A model generated the notes under the pieces. The model did no database searches. It had not been told where the DNA came from and saw nothing but the letters and a program-made list of their open reading frames with translations. The translations under genes and the position numbers were made by a program. This document shows positions 1 to 11,566 of a stretch of DNA of 47,087 nt, in pieces. The DNA is from a virus (Duplodnaviria > Heunggongvirae > Uroviricota > Caudoviricetes), in IMG/VR virus record IMGVR_UViG_2718218131_000001; one strand, given 5' to 3'. Positions within the stretch are counted from its first letter, which is position 1. Each line of letters opens with the position of its first letter.

Positions 1-1074
1 TCATTTGTTGATTTCAATTTTGTCCCATTCTCTCCCTCGGCTGTCCCTATACCGCGCCGCCATTGAATCTGATTTATGCCCGAGAAGACGTTGAGCAAAC
101 TTATCGCCAATCTGATTCCGGTATAGCCTCGCCGACAGGCTACGCAGTTCATGGAATGTTGGCGGGTCTCCATCAAATGAGAGTCCAGATGCATTTCTCG
201 CCTTTGTAAAATACTTAGATACTGTTTTCGGGGAAAGCGGTTCGTGATGCGTTGATGCAATTATTGTTTCACTGCCGCTGGTCTCCCTGCATTTCTGTAG
301 TGTATCAGCCAATGAAATATTGAGCGCGTCAATCGTTAGCGTCAGCGGAATGGCGAGCTTAGCCCCTGTTTTACCCTGTTCAATGTGAAGATGGTTGTCG
401 TTTATGTCTGACCATTTCATTTTGCACAAATCGCCGACTCTCTGACCTGTAACGACGGCCAAATCCATCGCAAGCCTCAGCCAGATTGGGAGAGGTTCGG
501 CTGCATGGTGAATTGCGACATACTCATTAGCTGTCAGCCTTGAGCGCCTTACTTCTGACTTTGCTGTGCGGGTTGCTGTTACCGGATTCGTAGCCACATG
601 CCCCTCGGCTATTGCCTCACGAAAAACGTCAACAAGGGTTGACCTGATTAATTTTGCGGAAGCCGCTTTACCTTCTGCTACGTAGGTGTTTAGCATTGCT
701 GCCACCTCTTTCGTTGATATGTCTGCGAGCGGTTTGTCCGGCAATTTTCTTCGGATTGCCCTGATTTTGCTGGCGTAGTCGAGTAGAGTTTTCGGCCTGA
801 TACCCCTCTCGCTGAGGATTGTTTCATATCGGTCAAGCCACGCATGAAGAGTGATTGCGTCAGCGCCTTTAATTCTGTCTATCAGTGACTCACGCCTGTT
901 CCCGGATAGCAACTCAATATTGGCCTGTATAGCTTCAGTGATTGCTATACGTCTGTCTCGGCCTAATCCGAACTCTTTACCCGTCCTTGGGTCCCTGTAG
1001 CAGTAATATCCATTGTTTCTTATATAAAGATTAGGGGGTAAATCCCGGCGCTCATGACTTCGCCTTCTTCCCAT
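1..1074 (-). CDS. int: Tyrosine site-specific integrase, lambda Int type
   Basis: 357-aa ORF; sequence from MGRRRSHERRDLPPNLYIRNNGYYCYRDPRTGKEF to the C-terminal HELRSL...LLGHKSD...Y catalytic region matches lambda Int; window starts at its stop codon. Confidence 0.95.
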   Translation of the reverse strand: MGRRRSHERRDLPPNLYIRNNGYYCYRDPRTGKEFGLGRDRRIAITEAIQANIELLSGNRRESLIDRIKGADAITLHAWLDRYETILSERGIRPKTLLDYASKIRAIRRKLPDKPLADISTKEVAAMLNTYVAEGKAASAKLIRSTLVDVFREAIAEGHVATNPVTATRTAKSEVRRSRLTANEYVAIHHAAEPLPIWLRLAMDLAVVTGQRVGDLCKMKWSDINDNHLHIEQGKTGAKLAIPLTLTIDALNISLADTLQKCRETSGSETIIASTHHEPLSPKTVSKYFTKARNASGLSFDGDPPTFHELRSLSARLYRNQIGDKFAQRLLGHKSDSMAARYRDSRGREWDKIEINK

Positions 1075-1270
1075 TTCTGATCCTCTTCAAAAGGCTACCT
1101 GTTACTGGTCGATTTAAGTCAACCTTTACCGCTGATTCGTGGAACAGATACTCTCTTCCATCCTTAACCGGAGGAGGGAATATCCTGCACTCGCGTACCC
1201 ATCGACGAACTGTTTCAAGGCTTCTTGGGCGTCGCTGGCGTGCGTTCCACTCCTGAAGTGTCAAGTACAT
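1052..1270 (-). CDS. xis: Excisionase
   Basis: 72-aa ORF MYLTLQEWNARQRRPRSLETVRRWVRECRIFPPPVKDGREYLF... matches lambda Xis; overlaps int start as in lambda. Confidence 0.92.
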   Translation of the reverse strand: MYLTLQEWNARQRRPRSLETVRRWVRECRIFPPPVKDGREYLFHESAVKVDLNRPVTGSLLKRIRNGKKAKS

Positions 1271-1375
1271 CGCAAAGTCTCCGCAATTACACGCAAGAAA
1301 AGCCGCATTGATGCGGCAATGGTAGGTCTGGATATCTTGAGAAATGAACAGGCCTCATTGAGTGTGAGGCTGTGG

Positions 1376-1720
1376 TTAGTCCTTGCGTAGCTCGCTAATT
1401 CTTCTGTAAGTCTCTGGTGCTTTGTTTCCGTGTATCTTCATTTCAGACTTCAACAGAGCGACGAGGGAATCCCATTCGTTGAGGATGCCTTTGAATGCCG
1501 GAACGCGCTTTGCAACCTTGTCGAATGAATCTCTGATTTCTGGAATCTGCTCAACAAGTGCAACGCATCGCCGGAAGTCTGCTGCGTCATGTGGAGCGCC
1601 GAAGTGATGACCATAGATATTCTTTTTCAGTCCACATGCGATTGAGGCAAGAGTTGCGCTACTGATGCCAACATCGCCAGTCGATTGCCATTTCAAAACC
1701 TTCATAGCCAAATCTGACAT
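1376..1720 (-). CDS. Hypothetical phage protein (ea/b-region)
   Basis: 114-aa ORF with ATG start and GGAGA Shine-Dalgarno 7 nt upstream; family not recognised. Confidence 0.6.
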   Translation of the reverse strand: MSDLAMKVLKWQSTGDVGISSATLASIACGLKKNIYGHHFGAPHDAADFRRCVALVEQIPEIRDSFDKVAKRVPAFKGILNEWDSLVALLKSEMKIHGNKAPETYRRISELRKD

Positions 1721-1838
1721 TTCTTGTCTCCATAAAACAAAACCCGCCGTAGCGAGTTCAGATAAAAGAAATCCCCGCGAGTGCGAGGATTGTTATTCAT
1801 TGCCGATATTCACCTTTATCGCGAACACCTTTACCGGT

Positions 1839-2081
1839 TTATCTCCTTTGCATGGCGCGTAATTTTTTCAGATGGTTCTCCTGCTCTGTTTCAGCCAGAA
1901 TTTGTCGGTATTCCTGGTGATCGATCCGTTCAAACAGTTCATTAAAATCGTTTATTTTTACCGACTGTGTTCGCCCATCCATTCTTCTGTACAACACAGT
2001 GTTGTTTATGCAGCGAAGAATTTTTATCGGGTAGCCGGCGCTATCGGTGTATATCTGACCACGTTGAATCAGAGCGAACAT
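1839..2081 (-). CDS. Hypothetical small phage protein
   Basis: Track ORF 1839..2135; the longest start is TTG directly abutting an AGGAG, so the internal ATG at 2081 (GGGGA 7 nt upstream) is preferred; start uncertain. Confidence 0.4.
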   Translation of the reverse strand: MFALIQRGQIYTDSAGYPIKILRCINNTVLYRRMDGRTQSVKINDFNELFERIDHQEYRQILAETEQENHLKKLRAMQRR

Positions 2082-2155
2082 TCCTTTATCCCCAGCGGAA
2101 AAGCGAATACAGAATAAATGCCACCGCGATTGCAACTCCTACAGCGGTGAATGCT

Positions 2156-2814
2156 TCAGGCCAATTCATCATTCACTCCCTGCGGCGGTTCTGGTAGCAG
2201 CATCCAGTACAAGGCGTTCCCTAACCACGATAAAGTGCCGTCGCTCAACTCCACGTATTCCCCTTGTACCTGTCCTGCCATATACTCGCCGTGCTTTGAA
2301 TAAATTAAAACCCAATCGTCTTGAGCGGGAATTCGCTCACTACAGCTTATCCAACCATCCGGAGTTACCGGAGAGTTGCCACCGGGAATATTTTCCGGAA
2401 TATTTTGTTGTGCGTTTTGTGGTTGTTCGGATTTACCCTGAAGCATGGCGGCGCGGCAGGCGTTCCAGCCAGCTGTTCGCCCAAGCGCGTAAACTTCAGA
2501 TGGATCAAGATAATCAATGTCATGCCCGTCCTCATCGTCGTTCTCAGGTAATGCAGCAGGTACTACTGGTACTGGAGGGGCGGCATAAACAGGAATAACG
2601 TCCGATTGATCTTTATTGCTTTCATCCGTCAAAGCCCAGAATAATTTTCCGGCCGGATGTTTGAAAATATAAGCAACTGGCTCTGCTTCCAGTGATGCCA
2701 GTGCAATTCGTGCCAGTTCTTCCGCTTCTTCTGCTGGCAGTACAACGTTGCTACCAGGTCCGTATGTTTCGCGCCACTGCTTGATTGTCAGCAGTCGCTC
2801 TTTGGTAATAGTGG

Positions 2815-2818
<4 letters not shown>
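2156..2818 (-). CDS. Hypothetical phage protein with DUF551-like C-terminal domain
   Basis: 220-aa ORF; Pro/Glu-rich linker then C-terminal W/D-rich domain (DGWISCSERIP...DWVLIY...) resembling DUF551; start overlaps upstream stop (ATGA). Confidence 0.6.
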
Positions 2819-5441
<2,623 letters not shown>

Positions 5442-5446
5442 CCTGG
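5442..5446. repeat. Target-site duplication CCTGG (right copy) of the IS100 insertion
   Basis: See left copy at 3483..3487. Confidence 0.85.
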
Positions 5447-5845
5447 GCCAAACAGTGTGTTATAAATCCATGCCAGTCCGCTTTTAGCGTCGCCAGTTGC
5501 CTGCCATTCGATAATCGCAGCCTGCATGACCAGAATGTTTTTCCCGATTAACAGGTCCAGCTCTTTGAACCGGTTGCGGATGTATGCATTCTCGCTTTGT
5601 AATTTTGCGTTGCGCTTCTCTGCGGCTTCCAGCTCAACACGCAGCTTCCCTACCGTTAGCGCAATTTCCTCGTTCTCCTGGTCGCGGCGTTTGATGTATT
5701 GCTGGTTTCTTTCCCGTTCATCCAGCAGTGCCAGCACAATCGATGGTGTTACCAGCTCATGGAAAAGGTCCGCATCAAATCCCCAGTCGTCATGCATTGC
5801 CTGCTCTGCCGCTTCACGCAGTGCCTGAGAGTTAATTTCGCTCAC
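5447..5845 (-). pseudogene. ea22-like gene, N-terminal fragment truncated by the IS100 insertion
   Basis: Track ORF 5426..5845 (GTG start); coiled-coil-like protein MSEINSQALREAAEQ...; reading runs 4 codons into the IS (VNDG) then stops; joining to 3332..3487 gives an in-frame 184-aa ORF. Confidence 0.8.
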
Positions 5846-6063
5846 TTCGAACCTCTCTGTTTACTGATAAGCTCCAGATCCTCCTGGCAACTTGCACAAG
5901 TCCGACAACCCTGAACGGCCAGACGTCTTAGTTCATCTATCGGATCGCCACACTCACAACAATGAGTGGCAGATATAGCCTGGTGGTTCAGGCGGTGCAT
6001 TTTTATTGCTGTGTTGCGCTGTAATTCTTCAGTTTCTGATGCTGAATCAATGATGTCTGCCAT
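5842..6063 (-). CDS. Small C4 zinc-finger protein (TraR/DksA-like)
   Basis: 73-aa ORF with CCECGDPID...CRTCASC cysteine pairs; ATG start. Confidence 0.5.
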   Translation of the reverse strand: MADIIDSASETEELQRNTAIKMHRLNHQAISATHCCECGDPIDELRRLAVQGCRTCASCQEDLELISKQRGSK

Positions 6064-6115
6064 CTTCCATTAATCCCTGAATTGTTGGTTAATACGCTTG
6101 AGGGTGAATGCGAAC

Positions 6116-6139
6116 AATAAAAAAGGAGCCTGTAGCTCC
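6116..6139 (-). terminator. Rho-independent terminator (leftward transcript)
   Basis: Hairpin GGAGC-CTGTA-GCTCC followed by a T-run on the minus strand. Confidence 0.5.
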
Positions 6140-6161
6140 CTGATGATTTTGCTTTTCATGT

Positions 6162-6377
6162 TCATCGCTCCTTAAAGACGCCGTTTAACATGCCGATCGC
6201 CAGACTTAAATGAGTCGGTGTGAATCCCATCAGCGTTACCGTTTCGCGGTGCTTCTTCAGTACGCTACGGCAAATGTCATCGACGTTTTTATCCGGAAAC
6301 TGCTGTCTGGCTTTTTTGATTTCAGAATTAGCCTGACGGGCAATGCTGCGAAGGGCGTTTTCCTGCTGAGGTGTCAT
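6162..6377 (-). CDS. Small hypothetical protein, lambda exo-proximal orf63-like
   Basis: Track ORF 6162..6443; probable start MTPQQENALRSIARQ...; position and size match the small ORFs left of exo in lambda. Confidence 0.45.
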   Translation of the reverse strand: MTPQQENALRSIARQANSEIKKARQQFPDKNVDDICRSVLKKHRETVTLMGFTPTHLSLAIGMLNGVFKER

Positions 6378-6453
6378 TGAACAAGTCCCATGTCGGCAAG
6401 CATAAGCACACAGAATATGAAGCCTGCTGCCAGAAAAATGCATTCTGTTGTTG

Positions 6454-6603
6454 TCATGCCGGGTCTCTCTCGTTTGCTTCTGCTTTCGCCGCCATCATTT
6501 CCAGCTTTTGTGAAAGGGATGTGGCTAACGTATGAAATTCTTCGTCTGTTTCTACTGGTATTGGCACAAACCTGACTCCAATTTGAGCGAGGCTATGTGC
6601 CAT
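6454..6603 (-). CDS. Small hypothetical protein, lambda orf60a-like
   Basis: Track ORF 6454..6645; probable start MAHSLAQIGVRFVPIPVETDEEF. Confidence 0.4.
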   Translation of the reverse strand: MAHSLAQIGVRFVPIPVETDEEFHTLATSLSQKLEMMAAKAEANERDPA

Positions 6604-6617
6604 CCCGATACTCGTTC

Positions 6618-6806
6618 TTAATTCAACAGGAGATGCTTTGTGCATACAGTCCCTCGTTTATTATTTATCTCTTCAGCCAGCCGCTGTGCTTTCAGTGGAT
6701 TTCGCATAACAGAAAGGCCGGGAAATACCCAGCCTCGCTTTGTAACGGAGTAGACGAAAGTTATCGCGCCTACCCGGATATTATCGTGAGGATGCTTCAT
6801 CGCCAT
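6618..6806 (-). CDS. Small hypothetical protein, lambda orf61-like
   Basis: 62-aa ORF immediately downstream of exo on the same strand. Confidence 0.4.
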   Translation of the reverse strand: MAMKHPHDNIRVGAITFVYSVTKRGWVFPGLSVMRNPLKAQRLAEEINNKRGTVCTKHLLLN

Positions 6807-7477
6807 TGCTCCCCAAATACAAAACCAATTTCAGCTAGTGCCTCGTCCATTTTTTCGATGAACTCCGGCACCATCTCGTCAAAACTCGCTATGTACTTTT
6901 CATCCCGCTCAACCACGACATAATGCAGGCCTTCACGCTTCATTCGCGGGTCATAGTTGGCAAAGTACCAGGCATCTTTTCGCGTCACCCACATGCTGTA
7001 CTGCACCTGGGCCATGTAAGCCGACTTTATGGCCTCGAAACCACCGAGCCGGAACTTCATGAAATCCCGGGAGGTAAACGGGCATTTCAGCTCAAGGCCA
7101 TTGCCGTCACTGCATAAACCATCGGGAGAGCAGGCGGTGCGCATACTTTCGTCGCGATAGATGATCGGGGATTCAGTAACATTCACGCCGGAAGTGAATT
7201 CAAACAGGGTTCTGGCGTCGTTCTCGTACTGTTTTCCCCAGGCCAGCGCCTTAGCATTAACTTCCGGAGCCACACCGGTGCAAACCTCAGCAAGCAGGGT
7301 GTGGAAGTAGGACATTTTCATGTCAGGCCATTTCTTTCCGGATCGGGGTTTTGCTATCACGTTGTGAACTTCTGAAGCTGTAATGACGCCGAGCCGTAAT
7401 TTGTGCCACGCATCATCCCCCTGTTCGACAGCTCTCACGTCGATCCCGGTACGCTGCAGGATAATGTCCGGTGTCAT
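6797..7477 (-). CDS. exo: Lambda exonuclease (Red-alpha)
   Basis: 226-aa [43 protein letters not shown]... matches lambda Exo. Confidence 0.95.
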   Translation of the reverse strand: MTPDIILQRTGIDVRAVEQGDDAWHKLRLGVITASEVHNVIAKPRSGKKWPDMKMSYFHTLLAEVCTGVAPEVNAKALAWGKQYENDARTLFEFTSGVNVTESPIIYRDESMRTACSPDGLCSDGNGLELKCPFTSRDFMKFRLGGFEAIKSAYMAQVQYSMWVTRKDAWYFANYDPRMKREGLHYVVVERDEKYIASFDEMVPEFIEKMDEALAEIGFVFGEQWR

Positions 7478-8259
7478 GCAGCCACCTTCTGTTCAGAGGC
7501 TTTCTGTTTCAGGAATCCAAGAGCTTTCACTGCTTCGGCCTGTGTCAGTTCTGACGATGCGCGAATGTCGCGGCGAAATATCTGGGAACAGAGCGGCAAT
7601 AAGTCGTCATCCCATGTTTTGTCCAGGGCAATCAGCAGAGTGTTAATCTCCTGCATGGTTTCATCGTTAACCGGAGTGATGTCGCGTTCCGGCTGACGTT
7701 CTGCAGTGTATGCGGTATTTTCGACAATGCGCTCGGCTTCATCCTTGTCATAGATACCAGCAAATCCGAAGGCCAGACGGGCACACTGAATCATGGCTTT
7801 ATGCCGTAACATCCGTTTGGGATGCGACTGCCACGGTCCGGTGATTTCTCTGCCTTCGCGGGTTTTGAATGGTTCGCGGCGGCATTCATCCATCCATTCG
7901 GTAACGCAGATCGGATGATTACGGTCTTTGCGGTAAATCCGGCATGTACAGGATTCATTGTCCTGCTCAAAGTCCATGCCATCAAACTGCTGGTTTTCAT
8001 TGATGATGCGGGACCAGCCATCAACGCCCACCACCGGAACGATGCCGTTCTGCTTGTCAGGGAAGGCGTAAATTTCTTTCGTCCACGGATTAAGGCCGTA
8101 CTGGTTGGCGACGATCAGCAATGCGATGAACTGCGCATCGCTGGCATCACCTTTAAATGCCGTCTGGCGAAGAGTGGTGATCAGTTCCTGTGGGTCGACA
8201 GAATCCATGCCGACACGTTCAGCCAGCTTCCCTGCCAGCGTTGCGAGTGCTGTACTCAT
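7474..8259 (-). CDS. bet: Single-strand annealing protein Bet (Red-beta)
   Basis: 261-aa [40 protein letters not shown]... matches lambda Bet. Confidence 0.95.
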   Translation of the reverse strand: MSTALATLAGKLAERVGMDSVDPQELITTLRQTAFKGDASDAQFIALLIVANQYGLNPWTKEIYAFPDKQNGIVPVVGVDGWSRIINENQQFDGMDFEQDNESCTCRIYRKDRNHPICVTEWMDECRREPFKTREGREITGPWQSHPKRMLRHKAMIQCARLAFGFAGIYDKDEAERIVENTAYTAERQPERDITPVNDETMQEINTLLIALDKTWDDDLLPLCSQIFRRDIRASSELTQAEAVKALGFLKQKASEQKVAA

Positions 8260-8264
8260 CCGTT

Positions 8265-8681
8265 TTATACCTCTGAATCAATATCAACCTGATGGTGAGC
8301 AATGGTTTCAACCATGTACCGGATGTGTTCTGCCATGCGCTCCTGAAACTCAACATCGTCATCAAACGCACGGGTAATGGCTTTTTTGCTGGCCCCGTGG
8401 CGTTGCAAATGATCGATGCATAGCGATTCAAACAGGTGCTGGGGCAGGCCTTTTTCCATGTCGTCTGCCAGTTCTGCCTCTTTCTCTTCACGGGCGATCT
8501 GCTGGTAGTGACGCGTCCAGCTCTGAGCCTCAAGACGATCCTGAATGTAATAAGCGTTCATGGCTGAACTCCTGAAATAGCTGTGAAAATATCGCCCGCG
8601 AAATGCCGGGCTGATTAGGAAAACAGGGAAGGGGGTTAGTGAATGCTTTTGCTTGATCTCAGTTTCAGTATTAATATCCAT
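8265..8681 (-). CDS. gam: RecBCD inhibitor Gam
   Basis: 138-aa [39 protein letters not shown]... matches lambda Gam. Confidence 0.95.
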   Translation of the reverse strand: MDINTETEIKQKHSLTPFPVFLISPAFRGRYFHSYFRSSAMNAYYIQDRLEAQSWTRHYQQIAREEKEAELADDMEKGLPQHLFESLCIDHLQRHGASKKAITRAFDDDVEFQERMAEHIRYMVETIAHHQVDIDSEV

Positions 8682-8779
8682 TTTTTATAAGCGTCGACGG
8701 CCTCACGAAACATCTTTTCATCGCCAATAAAAGTGGCGATAGTGAATTTAGTCTGGATAGCCATAAGTGTTTGATCCAT
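8636..8779 (-). CDS. kil: Host-killing protein Kil
   Basis: C-terminal 47 codons of track ORF 8636..8905 ([47 protein letters not shown]) match lambda Kil. Confidence 0.8.
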   Translation of the reverse strand: MDQTLMAIQTKFTIATFIGDEKMFREAVDAYKKWILILKLRSSKSIH

Positions 8780-8912
8780 TTTTTGGGACTCCTGGCTGAT
8801 TAAGTATGTCGATAAGGCGTTTCCATCCGTCACGTAATTTACGGGTGATTCGTTCAAGTAAAGATTCGGAAGGGCAGCCAGCAACAGGCCACCCTGCAAT
8901 GGCATATTGCAT
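8748..8912 (-). CDS. cIII: Protease inhibitor CIII
   Basis: 54-codon ORF below the track cutoff, overlapping kil in another frame; reads [54 protein letters not shown]; coordinates set from the track-supported frame. Confidence 0.55.
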   Translation of the reverse strand: MQYAIAGWPVAGCPSESLLERITRKLRDGWKRLIDILNQPGVPKNGSNTYGYPD

Positions 8913-8984
8913 GGTGTGCTCCTTATTTATACATAACGAAAAACGCCTCGAGTGAAGCGTTATTGGTATGCGGTAACGCAGCGC

Positions 8985-9353
8985 TCAGGCGGCTTTGATA
9001 GTCATATCATCTGAATCAAATATTCCTGATGTATCGATATCGGTAATTCTTATTCCTTCGCTACCATCCATTGGAGGCCATCCTTCCTGACCATTTCCAT
9101 CATTCCAGTCGAACTCACACACAACACCATATGCATTTAAGTCGCTTGAAATTGCTATAAGCAGAGCATGTTGCGCCAGCATGATTAATACAGCATTTAA
9201 TACAGAGCCGTGTTTATTGAGTCGGTATTCAGAGTCTGACCAGAAATTATTAATCTGGTGAAGTTTTTCCTCTGTCATTACGTCATGGTCGATTTCAATT
9301 TCTATTGATGCTTTCCAGTCGTAATCAATGATGTATTTTTTGATGTTTGACAT
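8985..9353 (-). CDS. ea10: Lambda Ea10-like protein
   Basis: 122-aa ORF MSNIKKYIIDYDWKASIEIEIDHDVMTEEKLHQINNFW... matches lambda Ea10; GAGGA RBS. Confidence 0.85.
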   Translation of the reverse strand: MSNIKKYIIDYDWKASIEIEIDHDVMTEEKLHQINNFWSDSEYRLNKHGSVLNAVLIMLAQHALLIAISSDLNAYGVVCEFDWNDGNGQEGWPPMDGSEGIRITDIDTSGIFDSDDMTIKAA

Positions 9354-9371
9354 CTATTCATATCCTCATAG

Positions 9372-9401
9372 ATAAAAAATTGCCCTCACATCGGAGGGCA
9401 A
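9372..9401 (-). terminator. Rho-independent terminator (leftward)
   Basis: Hairpin TTGCCCTC-(6 nt)-GAGGGCAA followed by T6 on the minus strand, just upstream of ea10. Confidence 0.5.
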
Positions 9402-9516
9402 AGAAGATTTCCAATAATCAGAACAAGTCGGCTCCTGTTTAATTATGAGCGACATTTCTCCGTGTATTCACTCGTTGGAATGAATGCACAGTGCAGTGTT
9501 TATTCTGTTGTTTATG

Positions 9517-9544
9517 CCAAAAATAAAGGCCGACTATGCGGCCT
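9517..9544 (-). terminator. Rho-independent terminator (leftward)
   Basis: Hairpin AGGCCG-(6 nt)-CGGCCT followed by TTTATTTTT on the minus strand, just after the 149-aa membrane protein gene. Confidence 0.5.
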
Positions 9545-9548
9545 AAAA

Positions 9549-9998
9549 TTACTTAACCAATGATGCTGCATATTCGATAAGGTAAAGCTTTGGGGCCAGC
9601 CAAATTTTTAACCAAGTCATATTGGTTACTACAGCAATAATAAAACTTACCCACAGAACAAAAACTGCAGCTAATGGTAAGATTAGAAAACTAATCTCAC
9701 CGTTACTTTCCCAAATCATAGTCGGTTTGTATTTAGTCTTCCCCTTATCCCATGACCATCCTTCATCATCGAACTTACCAATTTCAACTTTTTGGCACTG
9801 TTTCTTCATAAACCAGAAAACCAGCGGGATTGTTAAAATGGCTATTAATGTTTTAATCAGACTGTCAACCATATTCCATAGCAGTAACTGATGAACAACA
9901 TCAGGAATCTGTGCCTGGCTAAATGAGACAGCCGCGTCTATTCCATTACTGGCTTTTTGCAATAGTTCTATGAGAATCTTATTTGCCTGTTCTTCCAT
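9549..9998 (-). CDS. Membrane protein in the ral/sieB slot (candidate superinfection-exclusion protein)
   Basis: 149-aa ORF with two hydrophobic segments (LIKTLIAILTIPLVFWFM and ISFLILPLAAVFVLWVSFIIAVV); AT-rich; sits between ea10 and N. Confidence 0.55.
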   Translation of the reverse strand: MEEQANKILIELLQKASNGIDAAVSFSQAQIPDVVHQLLLWNMVDSLIKTLIAILTIPLVFWFMKKQCQKVEIGKFDDEGWSWDKGKTKYKPTMIWESNGEISFLILPLAAVFVLWVSFIIAVVTNMTWLKIWLAPKLYLIEYAASLVK

Positions 9999-10056
9999 AT
10001 ATCACCTCAAATAAGTGGTTTGCTGCCTAATTTCATTTTCTGGCGAACAGTGCAGG

Positions 10057-10329
10057 TTACCTCGCTGTCAGTTGTTTTGATTTCCGGTAGCCTGCCGCGT
10101 AAAGAGCTACGTTCGGAAGACAAGTTGAACCTTCATATTTTCTGGTCAACGTTGTCAGAGTTATAACTTCTGCTCTCATTGCTGGTTTGCGCTTGCATTG
10201 CAAGACCACTCGTGAAGGGGTTGGCCTGTGTAGCTTGTCGGAGCTAATCGCCTCCTGACTTTGCAGGTTTGCGCGACGAGCTCTACGGCGAGAAGCTGCG
10301 GTGCCTTTAAATTCTGTTTTTCTGGACAT
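10057..10329 (-). CDS. N: N-type transcription antiterminator (P22 gp24-like)
   Basis: Track ORF 10057..10401; start at internal ATG 10329 with GGGAGG RBS; arginine-rich N-terminus GTAASRRRARRANLQ; C-terminus LPNVALYAAGYRKSKQLTAR resembles P22 gp24. Confidence 0.75.
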   Translation of the reverse strand: MSRKTEFKGTAASRRRARRANLQSQEAISSDKLHRPTPSRVVLQCKRKPAMRAEVITLTTLTRKYEGSTCLPNVALYAAGYRKSKQLTAR

Positions 10330-10427
10330 AGATTCCTCCCGAATAAACTTTGGCGATGCAATCTCGAAGCTCCTCCTGAGACGGTTACTTCGGCATTGCA
10401 TCCCACAGCTTATGTGGTTGGGTGATC

Positions 10428-10473
10428 TGGCTTTTCAGCCACGTAGTCGAGTGTTCGACGTTGTTTAAAGAGC
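10428..10473 (-). promoter_or_regulatory. nutL-like site (boxA GGCTCTTTAA, boxB GGCTGAAAAGCC)
   Basis: On the leftward transcript between pL and N: boxA-like element then a short hairpin with GAAAA-type loop; the boxB loop matches the nutR candidate. Confidence 0.4.
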
Positions 10474-10519
10474 CTGCCAGTCTGCTCCGTTTGGCTTACA
10501 GCGTCCTGCTGATGAGTTG

Positions 10520-10566
10520 ACTTTATCGAAATGATAAACTGATGGCAATAGCAAAATGATAAATTG
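10520..10566 (-). promoter_or_regulatory. pL/oL: leftward early promoter with repressor operators
   Basis: Minus strand TTGCCA-17 nt-TAAAGT; two copies of the AAATGATAAA operator motif that also recurs in oR. Confidence 0.5.
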
Positions 10567-10744
10567 TTTGGGTTTTCAAATATCCTGTTGATTATTATGG
10601 TTTTTTATTTGATTGCGGGAATTTATCAGAAGGAATGAAGAGACTTGAGGGGGATCAGAATTTCGTGGTTTAGAAAGTTGTATCTATCAATTTTTCAATA
10701 AATACAATTGGTTAAGGTGTTATTAGGTGTGGGGATCGTGAGGC

Positions 10745-10770
10745 AAAGAAAACCCGGCGCTGAGGCCGGG
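10745..10770 (-). terminator. tImm-like rho-independent terminator
   Basis: Hairpin CCCGGC-(6 nt)-GCCGGG followed by TTTTCTTT on the minus strand; surrounding ~100 bp recalled as the lambda sequence just downstream of rexB. Confidence 0.6.
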
Positions 10771-10791
10771 TTCTGTCATCTAACTTAAGTA

Positions 10792-10920
10792 TCAAGCCGC
10801 TTTTTGTGAATGATTGATGTGAGCTTCAAAGTCGCGGCGTAGATTTTGAACGCGCTCTACACATCCGCGCATTTCAGCCAAAAGCTTACTAACGGCAGTA
10901 TAGTCAAACGCTTTAGTCAT
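10792..10920 (-). CDS. Small hypothetical protein (42 aa), second gene of the rex-slot cassette
   Basis: ATG at 10920 preceded by GAGGGG then an A-run; MTKAFDYTAVSKLLAEMRGCVERVQNLRRDFEAHINHSQKAA; stop 3 bp before the tImm hairpin region; below the track length cutoff. Confidence 0.45.
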   Translation of the reverse strand: MTKAFDYTAVSKLLAEMRGCVERVQNLRRDFEAHINHSQKAA

Positions 10921-10935
10921 TTTTTTTCCCCTCGT

Positions 10936-11298
10936 TTAAATGTAAGGCTCAACATCAAGGGCTGCTATTGCTGCGCACAATGCGTCAGGATCGTCAGCAT
11001 CGATGGCTTGAGCCAGGTCATTAGCCAGTATAAGTAACTTATCGATGACAGCGATTTCGCTGGTCTTATCTACACGAAAGTATGGGAGCAGAGCATTACA
11101 TACGTCTCTGAATGTCCGTAATTCTGCGACAACGTTCGAAAAGGTAGGATCTTTCTTACGAAGATCCACCAATGGCGCTACTTTAGCTGTTTTCAGCATT
11201 GCACTAATCTCGCCAATCATTGTTCCATGCAGACGATTAAATTCATCAACAGCTCGGTCATGCAAGCTCTTGTTGATTGGCAATACGTTTTGGGTCAC
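10936..11298 (-). CDS. Hypothetical protein (120 aa), first gene of the rex-slot cassette
   Basis: GTG start with consensus AAGGAG 8 nt upstream; predicted soluble, no recognised motifs; AT-rich. Confidence 0.6.
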   Translation of the reverse strand: MTQNVLPINKSLHDRAVDEFNRLHGTMIGEISAMLKTAKVAPLVDLRKKDPTFSNVVAELRTFRDVCNALLPYFRVDKTSEIAVIDKLLILANDLAQAIDADDPDALCAAIAALDVEPYI

Positions 11299-11566
11299 TA
11301 ACTATACTCCTTATATAGGTGTTCGCCAACAGATTTTCAATATGACTTGGGCGATTTCTGAACAATAAGCACGATTTAGCAATGATTAATTGATGTTAAG
11401 CACAAATATCTCTACATCGTGCATTTTTAACTATTTATACACATAAAATCTAATAAATGGATATAAACCTTATGATGATTTTTCTCAATCGAATTGAATA
11501 ATGATCTCTATCACATCACCCAAACGTCTCTTCAGGCCACTGGTTACCAGCTATGTGACGATGAAG

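Noticed and set aside
8870-8913. Apparent 1-bp insertion that would frameshift cIII
   Set aside because: Seen only in my hand reading at a line break; the six-frame track, computed from the actual sequence, gives an overlapping ORF frame consistent with an intact cIII, so I treat it as a reading error.
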